NCBI RefSeq assembly: GCF_000012905.2
Contig: NC_007493.2
Location: 690,001-722,000, forward strand
Direction: 5' to 3'
Length of the DNA stretch: 32,000 nt
Origin: Cereibacter sphaeroides 2.4.1
Lineage (GTDB): Bacteria; Pseudomonadota; Alphaproteobacteria; Rhodobacterales; Rhodobacteraceae
Position numbers and translations under genes: made by a program. Shown piece after piece: positions 1 through 6,409 of the stretch (positions are counted from its first letter, which is position 1; each line of letters starts with the position of its first letter). The notes beneath the pieces were generated by a model. It searched no databases and was not told the origin of the DNA. It worked only from the letters and a program-made list of their open reading frames with translations.

Positions 1-1
1 C

Positions 2-370
2 CATGTCGAAGTGCTCACCCCGCCGGGCCTCTATGGCGGCGGCTACGGCGCGGCCGGCATGGCCTCCTCGCTGGAAGCGCAGGCCCTGCGGGCCGATGTC
101 TACGATTCGCCCGGCTGGAAGCGGATGCAGACCCGTGCCGGCGGCCGCCCGATGGCCCAGCCGCGCGAATCGCGCCATGTCACCATCGACCTCGAAGCCG
201 TCTCGGCCTTCGCCGAGGGCGACCGCGTCTTCCACCAGAAGTTCGGCTATGGCCATGTCATGGGAATCGAGGGCGACAAGCTCGACATCGATTTCGAGAA
301 GGCGGGAGCGAAGAAGGTCGTGGCCCGCTTCGTGGTGGCGGCGCATCAGGCCGACGACATCCCCTTCTAG
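2..370 (+). CDS. uvrD: 3' end of a UvrD/Rep-type DNA helicase II (5'-truncated by the window edge)
   Basis: Frame 2 is open from the window edge to TAG at 368-370. The tail ...FHQKFGYGHVMGIEGDKLDIDFEKAGAKKVVARFV... resembles the conserved C-terminal tail of alphaproteobacterial UvrD as I remember it. Recognition from memory only. Confidence 0.55.
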   Translation, partial: HVEVLTPPGLYGGGYGAAGMASSLEAQALRADVYDSPGWKRMQTRAGGRPMAQPRESRHVTIDLEAVSAFAEGDRVFHQKFGYGHVMGIEGDKLDIDFEKAGAKKVVARFVVAAHQADDIPF

Positions 371-390
371 CGGTCGCGTCGGCCTCGGGC

Positions 391-1536
391 TCAGCGCCTC
401 CGGGCCGCGCGTTCCGTCACATGGACCGCCAGCCCCGCGAGGAGCCCCCAGAAGGCCGCCCCGATCCCGGCCATGGCCACGCCCGAGCCGGTGACGGCCA
501 GCGTCACCACCGCGGCGAACCTCTGCTCGGGATGGGCGAAGGCCGCCGTCAGCGCGCCAGTCAGCGGCCCGAGCAGCGCGAGCCCCACCAGCGCCGTGAC
601 GAGGGCGGGCGGAAGGGCCGCGATGCAGGCGAGGATCGCCGGGCCGAAGAGGCCCAGCCCGACCCAGACCGCCGCATAGACGAGCCCCACGCTCCAGCGG
701 CGGCTCCGGTCGGGATGAACCTCGTCGCCCAGACAGATCGCGGCGGTGATGGCCGCCATCGACACGGTATGCGCGCCGAAGGGCGCCGTCAGCGCCGAGA
801 GCCCGCCCGTCACCGTCAGCGCGCTGCGCACCGGGGGCTCGTATCCGGCGGCCCGCAGGACGGCGAAGCCCGGCAGGTTCTGCGAGGCCATCGTGACCAG
901 ATAGAGCGGCAGGCCCAGTCCGATCAGCACCGTCGGATCGAAGGCCGGCGGGATGAAGGTCAGGGTGGGGAACGCCAGCGGCAGCTCCGGCATCGCGGCC
1001 TCGCCTGCGAAGGCCAGCGCGCTGCCCCCGGCCAGTGCCGCCAGCACGGCCAGCGCAGGGTTCCAGAGCCGGACGAGGGCGAAGACCGCGATGGCGGGCA
1101 GGACGAGGAGCGGCAGGGCCTCGGCCGCTCCGGCGAGCTTCAGGCAGAAGGGCAGGAGCACGCCGGCCAGCATCCCGCCCGCGATCCCGTCGGGGATCAG
1201 GGCCACGGCCCGGCCGAGCGGCTTCAGCGCGCCGGTCAGAGCGATGAGCAGCCCCGCCAGCAGGAAGGCGCCCACGGCCTCGGGCATCGTGATCCCTTCG
1301 GTGGCCGCCACCAGCGCGGCCCCCGGCGTCGACCAGGCGAGGATCACCGGCACCCGGCTCCGCCAGCTCAGGAAGGCGCTGCCCACCGCCTTGCCGAGGC
1401 AGATCGCCAGCACCCAGCTTGCCGTCTGCGCCTCCGTGGCCCCCAGCGCGGCGGCCGCCGCCAGCACGAGGGCGATGGTCGAGCCGTAGCCCACAAGAGC
1501 GGCCACCAGCGCCGCCGAAAGCAGGGAAAGACGCAT
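391..1536 (-). CDS. benE: BenE/YdcO-family benzoate:H+ symporter-type membrane transporter
   Basis: 381-aa polytopic membrane ORF. Motifs AWSTPGAAL, LYLVTMASQNLPG and AAITAAIC..HPD match what I recall of E. coli YdcO/BenE. A GGAGGG SD-like run (plus-strand ccctcc, 1540-1545) lies just upstream of the ATG. Confidence 0.85.
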   Translation of the reverse strand: MRLSLLSAALVAALVGYGSTIALVLAAAAALGATEAQTASWVLAICLGKAVGSAFLSWRSRVPVILAWSTPGAALVAATEGITMPEAVGAFLLAGLLIALTGALKPLGRAVALIPDGIAGGMLAGVLLPFCLKLAGAAEALPLLVLPAIAVFALVRLWNPALAVLAALAGGSALAFAGEAAMPELPLAFPTLTFIPPAFDPTVLIGLGLPLYLVTMASQNLPGFAVLRAAGYEPPVRSALTVTGGLSALTAPFGAHTVSMAAITAAICLGDEVHPDRSRRWSVGLVYAAVWVGLGLFGPAILACIAALPPALVTALVGLALLGPLTGALTAAFAHPEQRFAAVVTLAVTGSGVAMAGIGAAFWGLLAGLAVHVTERAARRR

Positions 1537-1626
1537 GATACCCTCCGCCAGACCGGGCCGACTATGCCCGCGGACGGGATGGGCGCAAGGGGAAGTCCCT
1601 CATCGGCCGCATGAATCCGGCCAGGG

Positions 1627-1663
1627 AAATGAAAACGGCGGCACCCTGGAGAAGGTGCCGCCG
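1627..1663 (-). terminator. Rho-independent terminator closing the ccaF1-CcsR transcription unit
   Basis: The minus strand reads CGGCGGCACC-uucuccag-GGUGCCGCCG (10-bp GC stem, 1636-1645 / 1654-1663) followed by UUUUCAUUUC (1627-1635). It lies directly after the last sRNA unit. Confidence 0.7.
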
Positions 1664-1700
1664 TTCGATCTGGGCCGGTGAGGGAACGCCGGTCCGAAAG

Positions 1701-1778
1701 GGGGGCGGCGGCTCCAGGGAGGAGGAGGGAGCCGCCGCTTGGTCATCGGCACCGCGGGAGGAGGTGCAGTGCCGAAGT
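1701..1778 (-). ncRNA. CcsR/cuckoo-type sRNA unit 7 (repeat copy 1); ends approximate
   Basis: Two hairpins on the minus strand. One is at 1747-1774 (6-bp stem CGGCAC/GUGCCG, loop UGCACCUCCUCCCGCG). The other is at 1705-1738 (11-bp stem, 12-nt loop CUCCUCCUCCCU). Confidence 0.6.
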
Positions 1779-1814
1779 CCGGTGGGAGGGGGCGCGCGGC
1801 CCGATCCCGGAAGG

Positions 1815-1892
1815 GGAGGCGGCGGCTCCAGGGAGGAGGAGGGAGCCGCCGCTTGGTCATCGGCACCGCGGGAGGAGGTGCAGTGCCGAAGT
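1815..1892 (-). ncRNA. CcsR/cuckoo-type sRNA unit 6 (repeat copy 2); ends approximate
   Basis: Same two hairpins as unit 7, at 1861-1888 and 1819-1852. Both loops carry CCUCCUCC(C) on the minus strand. Confidence 0.6.
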
Positions 1893-1928
1893 CCGGTGGG
1901 AGGGGGCACGCGGCCCGATCCCGGAAGG

Positions 1929-2006
1929 GGAGGCGGCGGCTCCAGGGAGGAGGAGGGAGCCGCCGCTTGGTCATCGGCACCGCGGGAGGAGGTGCAGTGC
2001 CGAAGT
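1929..2006 (-). ncRNA. CcsR/cuckoo-type sRNA unit 5 (repeat copy 3); ends approximate
   Basis: Hairpins at 1975-2002 and 1933-1966 with CCUCCUCC(C) loops on the minus strand. Confidence 0.6.
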
Positions 2007-2043
2007 CCGGTGGGAGGGGGCACGAGGCCCGATCCCGGAAAGG

Positions 2044-2121
2044 GGAGGCGGCGGCTCCAGGGAGGAGGAGGGAGCCGCCGCTTGGTCATCGGCACCGCGG
2101 GAGGAGGTGCAGTGCCGAAGT
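2044..2121 (-). ncRNA. CcsR/cuckoo-type sRNA unit 4 (repeat copy 4); ends approximate
   Basis: Hairpins at 2090-2117 and 2048-2081 with CCUCCUCC(C) loops on the minus strand. Confidence 0.6.
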
Positions 2122-2157
2122 CCGGTGGGAGGGGGCACGAGGCCCGATCCCGGAAAG

Positions 2158-2235
2158 GGGGGCGACGGCTCCAGGGAGGAGGAGGGAGCCGCCGCTTGGT
2201 CATCGGCACCGCGGGAGGAGGTGCAGTGCCGAAGT
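2158..2235 (-). ncRNA. CcsR/cuckoo-type sRNA unit 3 (repeat copy 5); ends approximate
   Basis: Hairpins at 2204-2231 and 2162-2195. The long stem has one variant pair (2165/2192) that is A.C on plus-strand RNA but U.G on minus-strand RNA. Confidence 0.6.
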
Positions 2236-2272
2236 CCAGTGGGCAGGGGGTGCGAGGCCCGATGCCCGGATC

Positions 2273-2346
2273 TGGTGCAGCGACCCCAGGGAGGAGGAGG
2301 GGGCCGCTGCGGTTCCGATCGGCCAGGGAGGAGGAGAGGCCGTTCG
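2273..2346 (-). ncRNA. CcsR/cuckoo-type sRNA unit 2 (diverged copy); ends approximate
   Basis: Hairpins at 2320-2342 (CGGCC/GGCCG stem, minus-strand loop UCUCCUCCUCCCU) and 2277-2310 (11-bp stem, loop CUCCUCCUCCCU). Pair 2283/2304 is U.G only on the minus strand. Confidence 0.55.
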
Positions 2347-2375
2347 AAGAGGGGGAAGCTTGCGCTTCGGAAGAA

Positions 2376-2450
2376 AGGACGGCGACACCAGGGAGGAGGA
2401 GAGGCGTCGCCGCTGCTGCTACAGGTCCCGGGAGGAGGTGGGACCTCGCA
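2376..2450 (-). ncRNA. CcsR/cuckoo-type sRNA unit 1 (most diverged, adjacent to the DUF1127 stop codon); ends approximate
   Basis: Hairpins at 2423-2446 (7-bp stem AGGUCCC/GGGACCU, loop ACCUCCUCCC) and 2380-2412 (7-bp stem, loop containing CCUCUCCUCCUCCCUGG). The unit starts about 7 nt after the ccaF1-like stop codon. Confidence 0.55.
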
Positions 2451-2456
2451 GGAAAC

Positions 2457-2672
2457 TCAGAGACCGTAGGCGGCTTCCATCGCGATGCGGGTGATCATCG
2501 AGCGGTGGATGCCGAGGTCGGACAGTTCGCGGGTCGTCAGCGAGTTCAGTTCGCGCACGGTCTGCCGGTAGATCCGGCGCTGCGCGAGAGCGAGTTTCAC
2601 CGAAGCCACCAGGGCCGAAACACGGTCTCCCAGACCGTGGTGCCCGATACGGGTGGTGTTTGCGTAAGCCAT
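2457..2672 (-). CDS. ccaF1: Small DUF1127-domain protein (CcaF1-like RNA-binding protein heading the CcsR sRNA operon)
   Basis: 71-aa ORF. The C-terminal half, QRRIYRQTVRELNSLTTRELSDLGIHRSMI, fits the DUF1127 pattern (R-rich, then ..EL..L.dREL.DlGI.R..I). A GAGG SD lies about 8 nt upstream of the ATG. It is followed on the same strand by the CCUCCUCCC sRNA units, the arrangement described for RSP_6037/ccaF1 in R. sphaeroides (recalled from literature). Confidence 0.85.
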   Translation of the reverse strand: MAYANTTRIGHHGLGDRVSALVASVKLALAQRRIYRQTVRELNSLTTRELSDLGIHRSMITRIAMEAAYGL

Positions 2673-2941
2673 TTCATCTGCCTCAGGTTCGTCTAGACTG
2701 CGCGGACCGGGTTCGTTCGTGACTTTGCCGTCGCGCTGTTAGGGCAAACATGGGCCATTTGCTGCATCTGCACAATGCGCCGCATGGGCAATGCTGCCAT
2801 GCGGCGTCTGCATGGCTCTCCCGCCCGGATTTGTGCGCTCTTGCAAGCGCTTCGCCCGCTTCGGGGGCGCTTTGAAAACGCAGGCTTGTCCTTTAGTCCA
2901 AGCCCTGCAAGCTAGGCCCGCCCGGGTCAAAGGAGAAGGCC

Positions 2942-4003
2942 ATGCCCATCGCTCGTGAATCCGTCCTCGCGGTCCTCGACCGCATCCCGCTGCCGGACGG
3001 GGGCACGCTCGTTTCGAGAGATTTGATTCGTGCGCTGACCGTCGAGGGCGATGCGGTGCGCTTCGTGATCGAGGCGCCGAGCGCCGAGGCCGCCCGTGCG
3101 CTGGAGCCTGTCCGGGCCGAGGCCGAGCGCGCGCTGCGCGCTCTGCCGGGCGTCGCGGGCGTGCAGGCGGTGATGACGGCCCACGGGCCTGCCGCGCCCT
3201 CGCTCAAGATCGGCCAGCATCCGACGCCGCAGGCGGCCGGGCCCCAGCCGATCGCCGGGATCGACCGGATCATCGCGATCGGATCCGGCAAGGGGGGCGT
3301 CGGTAAATCCACCGTCTCCTCGAACCTCGCCGTAGCGCTCGCGCGGCAGGGCCGGAAGGTCGGCCTGCTCGATGCCGACATCTACGGCCCCTCGCAGGCG
3401 CGCATGATGGGGGTGAACCGCCGGCCCGCCTCGCCGGACGGCAAGACGATCCTGCCGCCCTCCGCGCATGGCGTCACCATGATGTCGCTCGGCCTCATGC
3501 TGAAGGAGGACGAGGCGGTGATCTGGCGCGGCCCGATGCTGATGGGCGCGCTCCAGCAGCTTCTGGGGCAGGTGGCCTGGGGCGAGCTCGACGTGCTACT
3601 CGTGGACCTGCCGCCGGGCACGGGTGACATCCAACTCACCCTCTGCCAGCGCACGCAGGTCACGGGCGCCATCGTGGTCTCGACGCCGCAGGACGTGGCA
3701 CTCCTCGACGCGCGCAAGGCGCTCGACATGTTCCGCAAGCTGAAGACGCCCGTTCTCGGACTGATCGAGAACATGTCGAGCTACGTCTGCCCGAACTGCG
3801 GCCACGAGGCCCATATCTTCGGCCATGGCGGCGTGGCGGAGGAGGCGCGGCGCCTCGACGTGCCGTTCCTGGGCGAACTGCCCCTCGATCTCTCCATCCG
3901 CCTCGCGGGCGACGAGGGCCGTCCGGTCGCGGCCGGCGAGGGGCCGATCGCCGAGGCCTATGCCGATCTCGCCCGCCGCCTCGTGGCAGGCGGCATGGCC
4001 TGA
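2942..4003 (+). CDS. apbC: Mrp/ApbC/NBP35-family iron-sulfur cluster carrier ATPase
   Basis: 353 aa. It has an N-terminal DUF59-like segment, a deviant Walker [20 protein letters not shown], and the CPNCGHE cluster-ligand motif. AAAGGAGAAGG SD precedes the ATG. Confidence 0.93.
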   Translation: MPIARESVLAVLDRIPLPDGGTLVSRDLIRALTVEGDAVRFVIEAPSAEAARALEPVRAEAERALRALPGVAGVQAVMTAHGPAAPSLKIGQHPTPQAAGPQPIAGIDRIIAIGSGKGGVGKSTVSSNLAVALARQGRKVGLLDADIYGPSQARMMGVNRRPASPDGKTILPPSAHGVTMMSLGLMLKEDEAVIWRGPMLMGALQQLLGQVAWGELDVLLVDLPPGTGDIQLTLCQRTQVTGAIVVSTPQDVALLDARKALDMFRKLKTPVLGLIENMSSYVCPNCGHEAHIFGHGGVAEEARRLDVPFLGELPLDLSIRLAGDEGRPVAAGEGPIAEAYADLARRLVAGGMA

Positions 4004-4016
4004 GGCCCGGCGACCC

Positions 4017-4055
4017 GGCTCCCGCCTCTGCGGTGGAGGGAGCCACCTTCTTCCC
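4017..4055 (+). terminator. Possible weak terminator after apbC
   Basis: Stem GGCTCCC (4017-4023) / GGGAGCC (4038-4044) with a 14-nt loop, followed by ACCTTCTTCCC. The T-tract is poor, so the call is tentative. Confidence 0.25.
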
Positions 4056-4175
4056 ATGGCGACGAGCCGTCTGAAGCTGCTCCCACAGACCGGCTTCTGC
4101 CGAGCCTGCGCGACCGCGCGCCGTGAGGTGCTCCCGTCCGGGTTCTGGCCAGGGAAGGGGATAGCCGCAAGGCCA

Positions 4176-4190
4176 CGGGAAATCATGGGA
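4176..4190 (+). promoter_or_regulatory. CGGGA-N5-TGGGA dimer (MraZ-box-like), distal copy A
   Basis: Reads CGGGAaatcaTGGGA. It matches the copy at 4246-4260 at 14 of 15 positions. Confidence 0.3.
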
Positions 4191-4245
4191 TTGAGTCCGC
4201 AGGACCGTCCCGCGGCCGGACTGCGACCCGGAAGACACGGGCTTC

Positions 4246-4260
4246 CGGGAAATCGTGGGA
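4246..4260 (+). promoter_or_regulatory. CGGGA-N5-TGGGA dimer (MraZ-box-like), distal copy B
   Basis: Reads CGGGAaatcgTGGGA, 70 bp from copy A. A related CGGGAttccaTGGAA, containing the perfect palindrome TTCCATGGAA, follows at 4287-4301. Confidence 0.3.
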
Positions 4261-4433
4261 AAGGCGCCCGGCCGCTGGCACCTCTCCGGGATTCCATGGA
4301 ACACAGGCTCTCATGTGCCGATCCCGAGGAATCAAAGCTGCTCACATCCCCGCGATTCGCACCGTCAGGCGGCGACCTGCCCGGACGAATTTAACCGAAT
4401 ATGTGGCAAATTCGCTGCAGCCGCGAGTCTCCG

Positions 4434-4448
4434 TGGGAAAGTATGGGA
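4434..4448 (+). promoter_or_regulatory. TGGGA-N5-TGGGA dimer (MraZ-box-like), copy C
   Basis: Reads TGGGAaagtaTGGGA, at the edge of the AT-richer island upstream of mraZ. Confidence 0.3.
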
Positions 4449-4586
4449 TGGCGCAGCTGGCCAATTTCACACAATATTTCGGCGCAGGGGAGTTCTGACT
4501 CCCAATATCTGCTGTTTCAGGTTGTGCGGATCCAACTTGCCGCGTCGTTGACCGTCAGCGGCTTCCCGCGTTTTGGGGGGCCTGGG

Positions 4587-4630
4587 CCCATTCTGCCCAT
4601 TGCGTCCCATGAAATCCCATGGCATCCCTA
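4587..4630 (-). promoter_or_regulatory. Array of five ~10-bp-phased TGGG(A/C) direct repeats (candidate MraZ operator overlapping or adjacent to the dcw promoter)
   Basis: The plus strand reads CCCAT-tctg-CCCAT-tgcgt-CCCAT-gaaat-CCCAT-ggcat-CCCTA, with pentamers at 4587, 4596, 4606, 4616 and 4626. On the minus strand these are TGGGC, TGGGC, TGGGA, TGGGA and AGGGA with 4-5-nt spacers. That is the TGGGN-N5 architecture reported for E. coli MraZ binding. Confidence 0.45.
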
Positions 4631-4635
4631 GCTCA

Positions 4636-4846
4636 CGAGATGAGAACGGGACAGTGAACAGGGGCGACAGACCCCGAACAGGCGAAAAGCAGGCTTCATA
4701 CAGGCACCCGCTTTCATCCAATGACAGATCCGGCGCGCATGCGAGCAGACATCCCCCCAGGTGTGTGTGCGCAGTTGGACACCCAGCGATGGGACAGGCA
4801 CGGCGGATCGGGCAGTGGCAGCCGCTCGATCCGCCGCTTTCGTTTC
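4636..4846 (+). ncRNA. upsM: UpsM-like leader-derived sRNA / long mraZ 5' leader (5' end not determinable from sequence)
   Basis: A non-coding stretch directly upstream of mraZ ends in a strong hairpin plus U-tract (4801-4846), only 57 nt before the mraZ GTG. R. sphaeroides is described as having a long mraZ leader that yields the abundant sRNA UpsM by premature termination (recalled). The 5' end here is placed by analogy only. Confidence 0.45.
4801..4846 (+). terminator. Intrinsic terminator/attenuator inside the mraZ leader
   Basis: Stem CGGCGGATCG (4801-4810) / CGATCCGCCG (4827-4836), 10 bp, with a 16-nt loop, followed by CTTTCGTTTCC. Confidence 0.6.
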
Positions 4847-4903
4847 CGGGGTGCGTGGTGCGCCTCCCGGAACGGCACCGGACAGTGAAGGAGCCGCAGG
4901 GAA

Positions 4904-5410
4904 GTGGCGGAGGCGTTCAGAGGCGAATACAACCAGAAGGTTGACGCCAAGGCGCGGGTGTCGATCCCGGCCCCCTTCCGTCGTGTCATCGAAGCGGGCG
5001 ATCCCAAATTCTCCGGCGGCCGGTCGAGCTTCGTGCTCGTCTATGGCGGCGACCGCTCCTACGTCGAATGCTACACCATTTCCGAGATGGAGCGGATCGA
5101 GGAACGGATCCGCAGCCTGCCCATGGGCACGCCCAAGCGGCGCTATCTCGAACGCAACATGATCACCCTCGCGCTTAACATGGAGCTCGACGAGGACGGC
5201 CGGATCGTGCTGCCGCCCAAGGGCCGCGAGAAGCTGGGCATCTCGCCCGACGAGCTGAAGGGCGGCACCGAAGCCACCTTTGCGGGCACGCTCAACAAGT
5301 TCCAGATCTGGAAGGCCGACACCTACGCAGCCGAGCTCGCCGCCGAAGAGGAGGTGCTCCTGCCTCCGGGCGCCGACATGCTCTCGCTGCTCGAAGAGAC
5401 GGGGCTCTGA
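4904..5410 (+). CDS. mraZ: Transcriptional regulator MraZ
   Basis: 168 aa with a GTG start and AGGAG at 4889-4893. The N-terminus AFRGEYNQKVDAKARVSIPAPFRR and a second half with DEDGRIVLPPKGRE form the duplicated SpoVT/AbrB-like MraZ fold. It is the first gene of the dcw cluster. Confidence 0.93.
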   Translation: MAEAFRGEYNQKVDAKARVSIPAPFRRVIEAGDPKFSGGRSSFVLVYGGDRSYVECYTISEMERIEERIRSLPMGTPKRRYLERNMITLALNMELDEDGRIVLPPKGREKLGISPDELKGGTEATFAGTLNKFQIWKADTYAAELAAEEEVLLPPGADMLSLLEETGL

Positions 5411-5413
5411 CCC

Positions 5414-6409
5414 ATGGCCGAGGCCGACACCGAGCGCCGGCCCCACATCCCGGTGCTGCTGCGTCCTCTTCTGGCCGCGGTGGCGCCGGTCGAGGGCACA
5501 TGGCTCGACGGCACCTTCGGGGCGGGCGGTTATGCGCGGGGTCTGCTCGAGGCGGGCGCGGACCGGGTGATCGGCGTCGACCGCGATCCGCTCGCGCTGA
5601 AGATGGCCTCCGGCTGGGCGGGTGACTACGGCGACCGCCTGCGCCTCGTGGCGGGCACCTTCTCGCAGCTCGACAGCCATGCGGGCGCGCCCCTCGACGG
5701 GGTGGTGCTCGATCTCGGCGTCTCCTCCATGCAGCTCGATCTGGCCGAACGCGGCTTCTCGTTCCAGAAGGACGGCCCGCTCGACATGCGCATGAGCCAA
5801 GAGGGCGAAAGCGCGGCCGATCTGGTCAATACCGCCTCCGAGGAGACGCTGGCCGACATTCTCTATCATTATGGCGAGGAGCGCGCCTCGCGCCGCATCG
5901 CCCGCGCCATCGTCGAGGCCCGCGCCGCGGCGCCCATCACCCGCACGCTCGCGCTGGCCGAGATCGTGGCGCGCTGCCTGCCGCGGCCGAAGCCCGGCCA
6001 GATGCACCCGGCCACCCGCAGCTTTCAGGCGATCCGTATCGCGGTGAATGCCGAATTCTCGGAACTGGTCGAGGGGCTCGAGGCGGCCGAGCGCGCGCTC
6101 AGGCCCGGCGGCCGGCTCGCCGTCGTCACCTTCCACAGCCTCGAGGACCGGATCGTGAAACGGTTCCTCCAGCTCCGCTCGGGCGGCGAGGGGCAGGGCA
6201 ACCGCTACGCCCCCGAGACGCGCGCCGATGCGCCCCGCTTCACTCTTCCGCTCCGTCGTGCCATCAGCCCGGACGAGGCGGAACTCGCCGAGAATCCGCG
6301 CGCCCGGTCGGCCCGGCTGCGGGTGGGCGTCCGGACGGACGCCCCCGCGGGAAAGGTCGATCCGCAGGCGCTCGGCACCCCGCTCATCCCGAAGAAAGGA
6401 CGCCGCTGA
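5414..6409 (+). CDS. rsmH: 16S rRNA (cytosine1402-N4)-methyltransferase RsmH (MraW)
   Basis: 331 aa. Motifs [15 protein letters not shown] (SAM site), [10 protein letters not shown] and SLEDRIVK. Confidence 0.95.
   Translation: MAEADTERRPHIPVLLRPLLAAVAPVEGTWLDGTFGAGGYARGLLEAGADRVIGVDRDPLALKMASGWAGDYGDRLRLVAGTFSQLDSHAGAPLDGVVLDLGVSSMQLDLAERGFSFQKDGPLDMRMSQEGESAADLVNTASEETLADILYHYGEERASRRIARAIVEARAAAPITRTLALAEIVARCLPRPKPGQMHPATRSFQAIRIAVNAEFSELVEGLEAAERALRPGGRLAVVTFHSLEDRIVKRFLQLRSGGEGQGNRYAPETRADAPRFTLPLRRAISPDEAELAENPRARSARLRVGVRTDAPAGKVDPQALGTPLIPKKGRR

Larger units (their letters stand above)
1690..2270. repeat. Five tandem near-identical 114/115-bp direct repeats (the DNA view of sRNA units 3-7)
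   Basis: The landmark GCTCCA recurs at 1711, 1825, 1939, 2054 and 2168, giving periods of 114, 114, 115 and 114 bp. Copies differ by a handful of substitutions and single-nt indels. Two more diverged copies follow at +115 and +102 bp. Confidence 0.95.

Noticed and set aside
1690-2450. Possible CRISPR array (regularly spaced repeats)
   Set aside because: The whole 114-bp unit is repeated, and there are no unique spacers between short repeats. No cas genes are nearby.
1562-2696. Long ORFs on both strands across the tandem repeats (215 aa, 126 aa, 361 aa, 263 aa, 251 aa), giving Pro/Arg/Gly-rich 38-aa repeat 'proteins'
   Set aside because: The 114-bp period is a multiple of three, so every frame on both strands stays open. 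The 115-bp copy and single-nt indels shift frames between copies. There is no SD or sensible start. The conserved features are hairpins with anti-SD loops, so these are RNA elements, not coding repeats.
2673-2760. RpoHI/HII-type promoter for the DUF1127-CcsR operon
   Set aside because: It is expected from the literature, but I could not find a convincing TTG...CTATNT-like pair. A CTAGAC about 22 nt upstream of the ATG has no matching -35.
4548-4630. Specific -35/-10 assignment for the mraZ/dcw promoter (TTGACC-N17-TTTTGG at 4548-4576; TTGCGT at 4600-4605 with a poor -10)
   Set aside because: The -10 candidates are too weak to call from sequence alone. I report only the repeat array and leave the TSS open.
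4004-4903. Small ORFs in the apbC-mraZ spacer (189, 72, 98, 61, 76, 84, 123, 97 aa)
   Set aside because: They overlap one another in several frames, have Arg/Pro/Gly/Ser-rich unnatural composition and no SD. The region is better explained as regulatory DNA plus the leader RNA.
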